Program-made: the position numbers and the translations under genes | IMG/VR virus record: IMGVR_UViG_3300027653_000023 | Coordinates: 1-42,599 of that record | Direction: 5' to 3' (one strand) | Length of the DNA stretch: 42,599 bases | Origin: a virus | Lineage: Duplodnaviria; Caudoviricetes | The notes under the pieces: model-generated | What the model saw: only the letters and a program-made list of their open reading frames with translations | Told to the model about the DNA's origin: nothing | Database searches by the model: none | Part shown: piece after piece, positions 27,393 through 35,061 of the stretch | How the letters are laid out: the number at the start of each line of letters is the position of its first letter | How positions within the stretch are numbered: position 1 is the stretch's first letter

Positions 27393-27664
27393 TTCTCTGC
27401 CGCCAGCGCGCACTCACCTGCGATCGCCAGATAGGCGGCGCCGTCTGCGTAGTGGTCGACCAGGTGTGGCGAGTGGCAGGCGCGCACGGTCTTGAGCCAT
27501 CCCATGCAGAGGGCGACCTGACGGGCGGTCACCTGGGTGCCGAGGATGACCTCCCACCCCGTCGCGATCTCGGCATGCGTTGCGACCGGATCGCCGTAAT
27601 CCTTGTTGCGGTCCTGCGTCGTCAGGCGCTTGGCTTCATCGAGGATGCGGGCGCGGTCAGGCAT
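27389..27664 (-). CDS. DUF6378-like protein
   Basis: ILDEAKRLTTQDRNKDYGDP...IATGW...VALCMGWLKTVR...DHYADGAAYLAIAGE. Confidence 0.8.
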   Translation of the reverse strand: MPDRARILDEAKRLTTQDRNKDYGDPVATHAEIATGWEVILGTQVTARQVALCMGWLKTVRACHSPHLVDHYADGAAYLAIAGECALAAEK

Positions 27665-28121
27665 TGGCGGTCTCCCGTCCGTAGAGCGCGATCAGGGCCG
27701 CTTCAGCACGCCCGGCGTCCTTCTTCCGGCGCAGGTCATTGGCGCAGTCAGGGAACCGCTGCAGGGCCAGACCGCGCGCTGCATCCTTGTCCCTCACCAG
27801 CCCGAAATGGCGCTTCCAGACGGCGGGGGTGACGTATCTGACGGGCAGGGAGCAGGCGGCGCAGGCCATCTCGATCGCGCCCAGAACCTGCCCGAAGCGG
27901 AACATGCTGGTGACGCCTTGGCCGGGCATGGCGCCGACGCGCTCCAGCCAGACGACGCTGCCCTCGGCGCGGCGCAGGATGGCCAGAAGCTCGTGGTGAT
28001 TGATTTCCGCCCGGCCCTTTGTCGCTGTGACGGTCGGCATGTCGTGCATTTCGACAGTGCCGCCATTGAGCACCGCGATTGCGCCAGTCAGGCCGGGGTC
28101 GATGCCGATGATTACGTCCAT
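27657..28121 (-). CDS. RuvC-like Holliday junction resolvase
   Basis: IIGIDPGLTGAIAVL, VWLERVGAMPGQGVTSMFRFG, VTPAVWK, DAGRAEAALIA. Confidence 0.88.
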   Translation of the reverse strand: MDVIIGIDPGLTGAIAVLNGGTVEMHDMPTVTATKGRAEINHHELLAILRRAEGSVVWLERVGAMPGQGVTSMFRFGQVLGAIEMACAACSLPVRYVTPAVWKRHFGLVRDKDAARGLALQRFPDCANDLRRKKDAGRAEAALIALYGRETANA

Positions 28122-28139
28122 CAATTCACTGTCCTCAAA

Positions 28140-28435
28140 TCTGTTGCGGGCTGTCTCGCCGCCCGCTCGCGCTGCCATGTGTCGATTTTCCGGTGTTCTC
28201 TTGCCGCGCGCTCCGGATTGGCCTCGATCCCGTGGTGATGATCCGACCGGGGCACCACGGGTGAGACATCGACGCGTGAGGCCGGGCAGATCGGCCATGG
28301 GAGGATAAGCGCGCCCCCGAATGGGAAAGAGGCCGGGACGCGAGGGAGTCACGCCCCGGCCAGTTGCCGCCACGCGAGCAGCGGGCCAAGAGGCGAAGCC
28401 CGTAGCGCGGCGGGAGGCAGAAAGGGTGAGGGCCG
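28140..28435 (-). ncRNA. Structured multi-hairpin region, possible sRNA or regulatory leader
   Basis: 13-bp stem with CUCCC loop plus UCUUU (28326-28361), perfect 9-bp stem at 28229-28261, further stems and CCUCCC motifs. Confidence 0.4.
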
Positions 28436-28642
28436 TCATGGCCGGCCCCACGTTGCCGGTCGGAAAAATCCGGGCTGCTTGAACACGCCCTCGGCCCGCA
28501 GCTCGGCAATGACGCGGCGGACGAATCCCGGATGCTGGCGGAGACGGACGGCGATATCATCCGCGCCATAGCCGTCGCGCAGATGCCCTATGATGCGGAC
28601 GCGCATGCCTGGAGAGGCGGCGGGGCGAGTCATGGGCGCCAC
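28436..28642 (-). CDS. Small HTH DNA-binding protein
   Basis: RVRIIGHLRDGYGADDIAVRLRQHPGFVRRVIAELRAEG has HTH spacing. Confidence 0.6.
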   Translation of the reverse strand: MAPMTRPAASPGMRVRIIGHLRDGYGADDIAVRLRQHPGFVRRVIAELRAEGVFKQPGFFRPATWGRP

Positions 28643-28767
28643 CCCGTTGCGCGCTCGAACAATTCGCTTTCGGATCGTGATGGAAATGCAGACCAGAGGG
28701 CGCGAGCAGCAAGGTCTCGGCTAACCTTCTGATGTTGGGCAGCAATTCTGCCAGTTATGGAAGTCAT
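28630..28767 (-). CDS. Short ORF in the cII position (45 aa, possibly truncated)
   Basis: GGAG RBS; MTSITGRIAAQ...RALWSAFPSRSESELFERATGWRP; directly after cro. Confidence 0.45.
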   Translation of the reverse strand: MTSITGRIAAQHQKVSRDLAARALWSAFPSRSESELFERATGWRP

Positions 28768-28843
28768 CTTATGCTCTCCTTCAAATTGCCGGTCCAAGGC
28801 ATTTGAAGGAGAAGCAGGCGATGAGAGCGCGAGGCCCGCCATG

Positions 28844-29083
28844 TCAGGCGACCTCACCGGAGGTGGAGCTGACGCGGTCGGCCCTCATTCGGGCCAACTG
28901 CTCGAACGAAACATTGACCCCGCGACGCGCTAGCGCCGGGACCAAATGGACGTCCATTTCGCCGGGGATGTGATTGCGTTGGTGCCACTTGTGGACACGA
29001 TCCACGGTTGTTCCGGCCCCCAGCTCCAGCGCCATTTCGCGCCGGGTTGGCCAGACAGTGATGATATCCCGAAAGCTGTTCAT
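28844..29083 (-). CDS. Cro-like regulator
   Basis: MNSFRDIITVWPTRREMALELGAGTTVDRVHKWHQRNHIPG HTH; divergent from the cI remnant. Confidence 0.8.
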   Translation of the reverse strand: MNSFRDIITVWPTRREMALELGAGTTVDRVHKWHQRNHIPGEMDVHLVPALARRGVNVSFEQLARMRADRVSSTSGEVA

Positions 29084-29090
29084 GGGAGAA

Positions 29091-29136
29091 TTGGTAAAGG
29101 ACGTTTTGTCCGTAGTCAATGGTGGACTAACCGTCG
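29091..29136 (-). promoter_or_regulatory. PR promoter with OR operators
   Basis: Minus strand TTGACT-N17-TACCAA ends 7 nt before the cro ATG, suggesting a leaderless mRNA. Operators GGACGTTTTGTCC (29099-29111) and GGACTAACCGTCG (29124-29136). Confidence 0.65.
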
Positions 29137-29171
29137 ATTGCTCTCGACTCCCTAGTGGGCAGACTGCCCAC

Positions 29172-29363
29172 ATGGGTAGAATACCAAAGCGACACGGGAT
29201 TGACCCGGATGCGATTGCACGCCGACTGATCCGCGTGCGGAACGCGCTCGAATTGCGTCCGGCAGAAATTGCAGACGCGCTGGGTATCGATCGTTCTGCC
29301 TGGACGGGCTTCGCGATCGCATCTTGGATGCTAACGACTCCGAGCAGACCTGATCGACACTAA
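29172..29363 (+). pseudogene. CI-like XRE repressor, internally deleted and frameshifted
   Basis: IARRLIRVRNALELRPAEIADALGIDRSAWT is an XRE HTH that breaks off within the recognition helix. A plausible original C-terminus, DGLRDRILDANDSEQT*, is in another frame at 29303-29353. Confidence 0.7.
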
Positions 29364-29419
29364 TCCCCCGCCTTGCCGCCTCGTCCACTAGCTTCTGGAT
29401 TTCCTGAATCTCATTGAGT

Positions 29420-29471
29420 GGACATTTCGTCCCTTTTTTATCTTGACGATAGACAAATCGTCCATTACGAT
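29420..29471 (+). promoter_or_regulatory. PL promoter with OL operators
   Basis: TTGACG (29443)-N17-TACGAT (29466) with an upstream T-tract. Operators GGACATTTCGTCC (29420-29432) and AGACAAATCGTCC (29451-29463, in the spacer). Confidence 0.8.
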
Positions 29472-29518
29472 CACTCCCCATCAGCCGCCCCTTGCGGCAT
29501 CACAGAGGGAGACCCGCA

Positions 29519-29899
29519 ATGAACATCCGCCCCGTTATCGCTGCCCTTGCTCTCACTGCCGTCGCGGCCTGCGCAAAGGCGCCCGAGCAGATTGCAGCCA
29601 GCTATGTCTCGCCAACGAAATACGCTGGCGTCTCCTGCACCGAGCTTGACGCAGCCCTGACGGCCAACAGCGAGCGTCTCGCAGCGGTGACGAAAGAGCA
29701 GCAGGACGCCCGCACCCGCGATCAGGTGGCAATGGGCGTCGGCCTGGTGCTGTTCGCGCCTGCCATCCTCGCGCTCGCCATCCCCGACAGCAGCGATGAG
29801 CTTGCGACCCTCAAAGGCGAGCAGGTGGCGCTGCAGGATGCCTACGCGGCCCGTGGTTGCGCCGGTGGTGCACTCGCGCAGGCGGGGGACCTGTCATGA
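29519..29899 (+). CDS. Lipoprotein, first gene of the PL operon
   Basis: MNIRPVIAALALTAVAAC lipobox; ASYVSPTKYAGVSC; internal hydrophobic GVGLVLFAPAILAL. Confidence 0.8.
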   Translation: MNIRPVIAALALTAVAACAKAPEQIAASYVSPTKYAGVSCTELDAALTANSERLAAVTKEQQDARTRDQVAMGVGLVLFAPAILALAIPDSSDELATLKGEQVALQDAYAARGCAGGALAQAGDLS

Positions 29900-30057
29900 C
29901 CCGCGCCGACCTCCACACCGCGCTGGCCAACGCCATCATGGCCCGCTCGCTGATCCGCAGGGGCTTCCCCGCCGGCCGTGATCGCTTTGCCCTGATCGAC
30001 GCCCTCGATGGCGTCATCAACACCCTCGACAAATACCAGCCGGAGGATGCGTCATGA
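29896..30057 (+). CDS. Hypothetical protein, 53 aa
   Basis: ATGA-coupled on both sides (MTRADLHTAL...). Confidence 0.6.
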   Translation: MTRADLHTALANAIMARSLIRRGFPAGRDRFALIDALDGVINTLDKYQPEDAS

Positions 30058-30395
30058 GCCGCCACGATCCTGCCTGTGCATCGCCCCGCTTCCGCGCGGG
30101 CCAGCTGCTCGCGAAGCACCTGCTCGGCGACGCCATGAACGAGGAAAGCGAGCGCTGGGTCAACGGCTCTCGCAGCTACAATCTGGACAATCACGACCGC
30201 GATGTTGCCGCGCTGAATGAGGCGCTGGCCGAGGTCGAGCGCCTGCTCGTCTGCATCAGCAGTCGGCGCGTCACCGAATACAAATTCGACTTCGAGGGTC
30301 GCGAGTTCGGCGGTGAGATTGCCGACGATCTCGACGCCATCCGGGCGCTCAAATCCGCCCGCTGGATCACCGACGATATTGCAGGAGGCGCATGA
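30054..30395 (+). CDS. Hypothetical protein
   Basis: GGAGG RBS, ATGA coupling. Confidence 0.65.
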   Translation: MSRHDPACASPRFRAGQLLAKHLLGDAMNEESERWVNGSRSYNLDNHDRDVAALNEALAEVERLLVCISSRRVTEYKFDFEGREFGGEIADDLDAIRALKSARWITDDIAGGA

Positions 30396-30769
30396 TGACC
30401 TTCGACCCGACAAAACCCGTACAGACGATTGATGGTCGTAAGGCGAGGATCATCTGCACAGATCGGCGGCATTCCTCAGGCACGACGATTGTTGCGCTTG
30501 TCGAAAGCTCTGCCGCCCTTCCCGGCGAGGAGGTGATGAGGAGCTACTTCGCCTCTGGAAGGCAGCGCCACGACGTTCCAGGGCCGCACGACCTCATCAA
30601 CGTTCCCGAAGAGCACGAGATCTGGCTGAACGTATTCCACGACGACGCCCGCGAAATCTACAAGGTGTCCGTCCATCAGGAGCATGATGCGGCTTACGTC
30701 TGTCGGGGTGTTGGTCGCATAGCCTGCCTTGGCCCAATCAAGTTCAAGGTTGGGGAGGGCCTGGAATGA
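30392..30769 (+). CDS. Conserved phage hypothetical protein
   Basis: FDPTKPVQTIDGRKARIICTD...IVALV...DLINVPE motif, common in phage early regions; AGGAGG RBS. Confidence 0.75.
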   Translation: MMTFDPTKPVQTIDGRKARIICTDRRHSSGTTIVALVESSAALPGEEVMRSYFASGRQRHDVPGPHDLINVPEEHEIWLNVFHDDAREIYKVSVHQEHDAAYVCRGVGRIACLGPIKFKVGEGLE

Positions 30770-30915
30770 CCGCCCGCCTCCGCGCCATCCTGGCGACCAT
30801 CCCGCCCGCTGCCCTCGCAGCAGACGCCGTTGCGCTCGCTGTGATGCTCGGCTCCCTGCCGCTGCTGCCCTACGCGCTGGGGGCGTTCGCCAGCCTTTTT
30901 GGAGGCCAGCCATGA
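30766..30915 (+). CDS. Small membrane protein, 49 aa, not in ORF track
   Basis: MTARLRAILATIPPAALAADAVALAVMLGSLPLLPYALGAFASLFGGQP; ATGA overlaps at both ends. Confidence 0.6.
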   Translation: MTARLRAILATIPPAALAADAVALAVMLGSLPLLPYALGAFASLFGGQP

Positions 30916-31490
30916 CCATCGACACAGCGAAAGAGCGGGAGAGGCTGGCCGCGCTTGAGGGGCACACGTCTGGTCCGTGGGGTGCAGACTGGGCGAGCGC
31001 CGAGGATCGAATCTGTGTCACGGACGCCCAGAGATGGAAAGCCGGCAAGGTAGATGTGGCTCGCATAGAGGCCGGTTTTGATGAGCCATTCGAGAGCGAG
31101 CAGCGAGCCAACGCCCGCCTGATCGCCGTCGCCCCCGACCTCAAGCGCGACTACCTCACCGCCCTCGACGTGATCGACGCCCAGGCTGCGGAGATCGAGC
31201 AGTTGTTGGCTGCCAATCAATACGACCCCAAGGCGGCGCAAGGCATGACAGCGGAAGTCGAGCTCGGAGAGGGGGCAGGGGCCACCATCATTGACCCTCG
31301 GTCATTCGAGGACGGGGGCGCCGAATGGGTAATGCGCTACGGGAACCCGGCATCCATCAGCTTGGTCGTGGCGTCGCTGCTCTCCAGTTATGATGATTTA
31401 CTGTCCTGCGGCATCACCATGCGCGATGCAGAACGGCGGCTGCGCTTGATGCGCAAGGCCCGCGCCTCCCTCTCGGAGCGCGAGCCATGA
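30912..31490 (+). CDS. Ead/Ea22-like early protein
   Basis: Start revised to ATG 30912 (GGAGG RBS). HTSGPW...ANARLIAVAPDL...ALDVIDAQAAEIEQL. Confidence 0.65.
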   Translation: MTIDTAKERERLAALEGHTSGPWGADWASAEDRICVTDAQRWKAGKVDVARIEAGFDEPFESEQRANARLIAVAPDLKRDYLTALDVIDAQAAEIEQLLAANQYDPKAAQGMTAEVELGEGAGATIIDPRSFEDGGAEWVMRYGNPASISLVVASLLSSYDDLLSCGITMRDAERRLRLMRKARASLSEREP

Positions 31491-32134
31491 TCGCCCGCGC
31501 TGCTATCATCGCGGCCCTGCTGCCTGCTGCCGCTATCGCTGCCCCGATCCTCACAGGGGCGGTGCAGTGGACGCCCGGCACGTCACCTTGCGCCGGTGCC
31601 TGCTCGCTGGAGTGGGCGCTGGACCAGATGACTCGCGAAGGCACCATCCCGCAGCCCGTCGCCCAGCGCATCCTCGCTGGCGAGGCCAAGCAGGTCGAGG
31701 GCATCGCCCGGCCCGGCGACATCTTCATCGGCATGTCATACGCCGTTGGCGGTGAAGCCCGCTGGGACGAACGCATCTATCAATTGGCTGACGGCGATCG
31801 GCATCATGTGACCGATGAGCTGCACGTCGAGTTTGGCGGCTACACCTATCGCATCGCCAATATCAGGACCTGCTCGAATTGGGCCCCGCGCCCGCCCGTG
31901 CCGGTCAAGGCCAAGCCCGCGCCGGCATGGTCCGCGCCCGTCAGCAAGCCTGAAATTCGGCATGCGAGCCTCGGTAGCGCCGGCCCCGCCTCATGGGGCG
32001 GCGATAGCTTCACCGTCCGCGCGCCGGGCCCGCAACCGCAACCGTCACCCATCCCGCTCCCCGGCTCCGTCTGGTCTCTCCTGACCGGCGCGCTCGGGCT
32101 GCTCGGGCTGTGGAGCATCGGAGGAAGAGCATGA
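31487..32134 (+). CDS. Secreted protein with a C-terminal VPLPA-CTERM-like sorting signal
   Basis: Signal peptide MIARAAIIAALLPAAAIA; Pro-rich linker; C-terminus SPIPLPGSVWSLLTGALGLLGLWSIGGRA. Confidence 0.7.
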   Translation: MIARAAIIAALLPAAAIAAPILTGAVQWTPGTSPCAGACSLEWALDQMTREGTIPQPVAQRILAGEAKQVEGIARPGDIFIGMSYAVGGEARWDERIYQLADGDRHHVTDELHVEFGGYTYRIANIRTCSNWAPRPPVPVKAKPAPAWSAPVSKPEIRHASLGSAGPASWGGDSFTVRAPGPQPQPSPIPLPGSVWSLLTGALGLLGLWSIGGRA

Positions 32135-32182
32135 GGATTGATGCCGCCATCATCGAGCGCCTCGACGGCACGGTGGTGCGCC

Positions 32183-32773
32183 GTGAGTGACGCGATGCGA
32201 GTCCTGATCGCCTGCGAGTTCTCCGGGGTGATGCGCGACGCATTCCTGGAGCGCGGGCATGAAGCAATGTCCTGCGATTTCCTGCCAACCGAAAGCCCCG
32301 GCCCGCACTATCAGGGGGATGTGCGGGATGTCCTGGACTATCCGTGGGATCTGATGATCGCACACCCGCCCTGCGACCACCTTGCAGTCAGTGGCGCGCG
32401 CTGGTTCTCGGAAAAGAGACTGGACGGGCGGCAGTATGCGGGCGCGGCATTCGTGATGATGCTGGCCAAGGCGGACATCCCGATGATCGCCATAGAAAAT
32501 CCGGTGTCCATCCTGTCAACGCTTTGGCGGAAGCCGGATCAGATCGTCCAGCCGTGGATGTTCGGGCATGGCGAGACAAAGGCCACCTGCCTCTGGCTCA
32601 AAGGGCTGCCTCTCCTGGAGCCGACAGACATTGTCGATGGACGCGAGCCGAGAGTCCACCACGCTTCCCCAGGCCCTGACAGATGGAAGGTCCGCAGCCG
32701 GAGCTATCCGGGCATGGCAGCAGCCGCCGCCGAGCAATGGGGCAATTGGGCAGCAGAGAGGATCGCAGCATGA
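32183..32773 (+). CDS. DNA cytosine methyltransferase-like protein (short phage type)
   Basis: MRVLIACEFSG, SCD, GDVRDVL, WDLMIAHPPC (catalytic PC), IAIENP, QPWMFGH...KATCLWLKGLP, RSRSYPGMA. Start is GTG 32183 or ATG 32195. Confidence 0.8.
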   Translation: MSDAMRVLIACEFSGVMRDAFLERGHEAMSCDFLPTESPGPHYQGDVRDVLDYPWDLMIAHPPCDHLAVSGARWFSEKRLDGRQYAGAAFVMMLAKADIPMIAIENPVSILSTLWRKPDQIVQPWMFGHGETKATCLWLKGLPLLEPTDIVDGREPRVHHASPGPDRWKVRSRSYPGMAAAAAEQWGNWAAERIAA

Positions 32774-33042
32774 CAAGGTATGAGCGCCAGAAGCTCCGGC
32801 AGCGACTGACATTCCACGGATCTCAATTCGAGCGCGGGGATGGATCATCGCTCGACGCCCTGCTGCGGGCGCTCGATCTGATCGACCAGGTGGAAGGCGA
32901 GCGCGACATCTATCGCCGCGCCCTGGAGCGCATTGCCGAGACAGGCTGCAGAGACATTGAGCGCGAGCTTTCCCGCATCGACGCCATCGCCGTTGATGCG
33001 TTGATTGATGGCGGCGCGCTGCGGGAGAAGGAAAATGACTGA
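32770..33042 (+). CDS. Hypothetical coiled-coil protein
   Basis: ATGA-coupled start MTRYERQKL. Confidence 0.6.
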   Translation: MTRYERQKLRQRLTFHGSQFERGDGSSLDALLRALDLIDQVEGERDIYRRALERIAETGCRDIERELSRIDAIAVDALIDGGALREKEND

Positions 33043-33550
33043 CAGACCACAAATCACCCTGTCGTGGATGCGCGATCAGGATGGTGTGATTGTCGTATAC
33101 GCGACAGATGCGGACGGCCAGAAATGCGCGGTTGCCGATTTTTGGGCGAGGCCTCTGCGAGAGAACCTCGGCTTGGAAAGAGGGCAGGCGAAAGCGCTTC
33201 AGCAGCAACTGGCTGAGCGGCTGGTGGATAGCTGGAATGGGAACCACCGCCGGATCAGCACAGCCGCAGACGCGGCTCTCCTGATCTCCCGACTGCCATA
33301 TGCGTCCGTGCAGGAGGCTCTCCACGCTGCTGGCGGCGAGGAGGGAGAGGACGCCGTTATCGCGTTTCTAGACGCGCTGAGAGACACCCGCGATCTGGCG
33401 CGGGCTGATGGAGGCTCCGGGCAGTCCGGGGCCGGGGCGCCGACAACGCCGCCCCACAAATCTAACGAAAGGACGTCCCTGATAGATGATCCCACGGTGA
33501 CCAGACAGGCGGGTGAGAGGCCCGCCAGCTCTCTGCCGGAGGACGCGTGA
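33035..33550 (+). CDS. Hypothetical protein
   Basis: GGAGAAGGA RBS, MTDRPQITLSW; the C-terminal part is low-complexity. Confidence 0.6.
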   Translation: MTDRPQITLSWMRDQDGVIVVYATDADGQKCAVADFWARPLRENLGLERGQAKALQQQLAERLVDSWNGNHRRISTAADAALLISRLPYASVQEALHAAGGEEGEDAVIAFLDALRDTRDLARADGGSGQSGAGAPTTPPHKSNERTSLIDDPTVTRQAGERPASSLPEDA

Positions 33551-33717
33551 TGGACACAGTCGTGGTCGTCGCAAGCACGGGGAACATGCTCTGGCTGGGC
33601 ATGATGCTGGGGGTTGGCGTTGCCGCTGGGATCAGCACGTGGCTCACCGCAGCCGGTGCCATCTCCATGGCCGCCGGATGGCTGCGGCGGAAGGCGGGTG
33701 AGAGGACCGCCGACTGA
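33550..33717 (+). CDS. Small membrane protein, 55 aa, not in ORF track
   Basis: GGAGG RBS and TGATG overlap; MDTVVVVASTGNMLWLGMMLGVGVAAGISTWLTAAGAISMAAGWLRRKAGERTAD. Confidence 0.6.
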   Translation: MDTVVVVASTGNMLWLGMMLGVGVAAGISTWLTAAGAISMAAGWLRRKAGERTAD

Positions 33718-33719
33718 CG

Positions 33720-33850
33720 TCAGAGTCCGAGCGCCCAAATGCCAGAAACGCAATAAATACATGCGTTTCAAGAGGTTACAGGGGGCGCACGATGCGCAGA
33801 ATGCGAACGGAGCGCGAAAGGCGGCGCACAAAATACGGCACAAATGCCAA
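33720..33850. other. attP-like remnant between convergent operons
   Basis: IHF-like TTTCAA-GAGG-TTA (33766-33778); inverted repeat GAAACGCA-N9-TGCGTTTC; direct repeats GCACAAA x2 and CAAATGCCA x2; AT-rich. Confidence 0.45.
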
Positions 33851-34519
33851 TTAAGCGAACATCCCCCTCATCCACTGCCACAGCCGCGCCCAGAAGCCGG
33901 GGCGGTCGGGTTCCGGCTTCGGCTTGGGCATGGGCGCCTGCCAATCGTCAAGGCTGTCCCAGGACGTATCTGGCGGCAGTGCGGCCTTCGCGCGGGCGAG
34001 ATAGCGGCGCCGGTCCTCGAGGCCATTCAGCCCGCCGTTCACGGCACGCGTCACCGCGATCAGATCATCCGCATCGGCATGACGGTTGATGTTCCGGCTG
34101 TCCCAATACTCGCAGGCAATGCGCAGGCTCAGCACCGGCTCTGCCGCCCGCTCGGGATGCCTCTCGAGATCCACGCCAAGGCGCGCCCCGATCGCGCGAT
34201 AGTTCGCTCGCCCGGTCAACTGGATCAGCCCGCGCCCCTTATAGCGGATGCCGTCGCCGGGGTGCGTGTTGCCAAGGTCCTTGCGCCCCTCATAGGCGGC
34301 ACCGCTCGCGAACTCCTCCGTGGTGCGCAGGCCCGCGCTCTCATGGCAGATCTGCGCCAGCCAGTGCGCCACCCGCAGCCGCGTGGTGATGCCATACTCG
34401 GCCAGCACCCGCGACAGGTGGGGCGCAAGGGCGCTGATGATTGCGGTCTGGCGCGCATGGTTCGCGCCCGAAAAGCGCGGCGCGATGGCATAGAGCGTGC
34501 TGGCGTCGATGGGGATCAT
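33851..34519 (-). CDS. Endolysin, glycoside hydrolase family 19
   Basis: AHWLAQICHESAGL, YEGRKDLGN...GDGIRYKGRGLIQLTGRANY, VTRAVNGGLNGLEDR; start revised to MIPID. Confidence 0.92.
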   Translation of the reverse strand: MIPIDASTLYAIAPRFSGANHARQTAIISALAPHLSRVLAEYGITTRLRVAHWLAQICHESAGLRTTEEFASGAAYEGRKDLGNTHPGDGIRYKGRGLIQLTGRANYRAIGARLGVDLERHPERAAEPVLSLRIACEYWDSRNINRHADADDLIAVTRAVNGGLNGLEDRRRYLARAKAALPPDTSWDSLDDWQAPMPKPKPEPDRPGFWARLWQWMRGMFA

Positions 34520-35061
34520 TGCGAAACCACTTCGAAAAACACGGCCGGAGGCTCGACGGGCTGCTCGCCCTCGCATCTGAGGACGGGCTTGTAGGCATAA
34601 AGCCCCGGCCCGATGCTGGCAGGGATCGACAGCGGCACGGTGAAAACCTCATAGCCGACAGTCAAAGGCGGCGTGGCGGCGCGCTCCGTGGTGCTGAGCG
34701 CAGGGTCGATGCTGGACGCACTCACGCGCTGAAACTGCCTGTCCACCGTCATGGCGCAGTCGCGGTTGCGCCGCAGCACATAGACGATCCGCACGGTATC
34801 GCCCGCCTGCACGGTCTCTGGCCACATCCGCGCTGTCGGCATGAACTCGACGAAAGGGAGCTCGGGCACCTCCCCTAAGCGCGCCTCGATCCGGTCCAGC
34901 CTCTCCGGCACGGCCTTCCAGGCGCTGATCGTCTCGCCCCAGAAGCGGTCAATCGCGCCATATGTCAGGCCGAACGCGGTGATGACGGGCAGAATGCGCG
35001 CGATGAAAGCGCGGAACCCGCGCCAGAACGCGGAGAAAACCTTGTCTGCTTCTTCTGGCAA
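34516..35061 (-). CDS. Membrane-anchored protein in the lysis cassette
   Basis: N-terminal TM segment, short coiled coil (VPERLDRIEARL), beta-rich C-terminal domain with two Cys. Confidence 0.6.
   Translation of the reverse strand: MPEEADKVFSAFWRGFRAFIARILPVITAFGLTYGAIDRFWGETISAWKAVPERLDRIEARLGEVPELPFVEFMPTARMWPETVQAGDTVRIVYVLRRNRDCAMTVDRQFQRVSASSIDPALSTTERAATPPLTVGYEVFTVPLSIPASIGPGLYAYKPVLRCEGEQPVEPPAVFFEVVSQ

Noticed and set aside
29152-29481. 109-aa minus-strand ORF over the immunity region
   Set aside because: It overlaps PL, the operators and the cI remnant on the opposite strand, with no clear RBS or motif.
33400-33490. Hammerhead ribozyme (CTGATGGA followed by an 8-bp stem)
   Set aside because: The core is not CUGANGA, the stem is followed by GGGG instead of GAAA, and no stems I/III were found.
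33740-33780. dif-like XerCD integration site
   Set aside because: There is no TTATGT(T/A)AA-type XerD arm, and the spacing does not fit 11-6-11.
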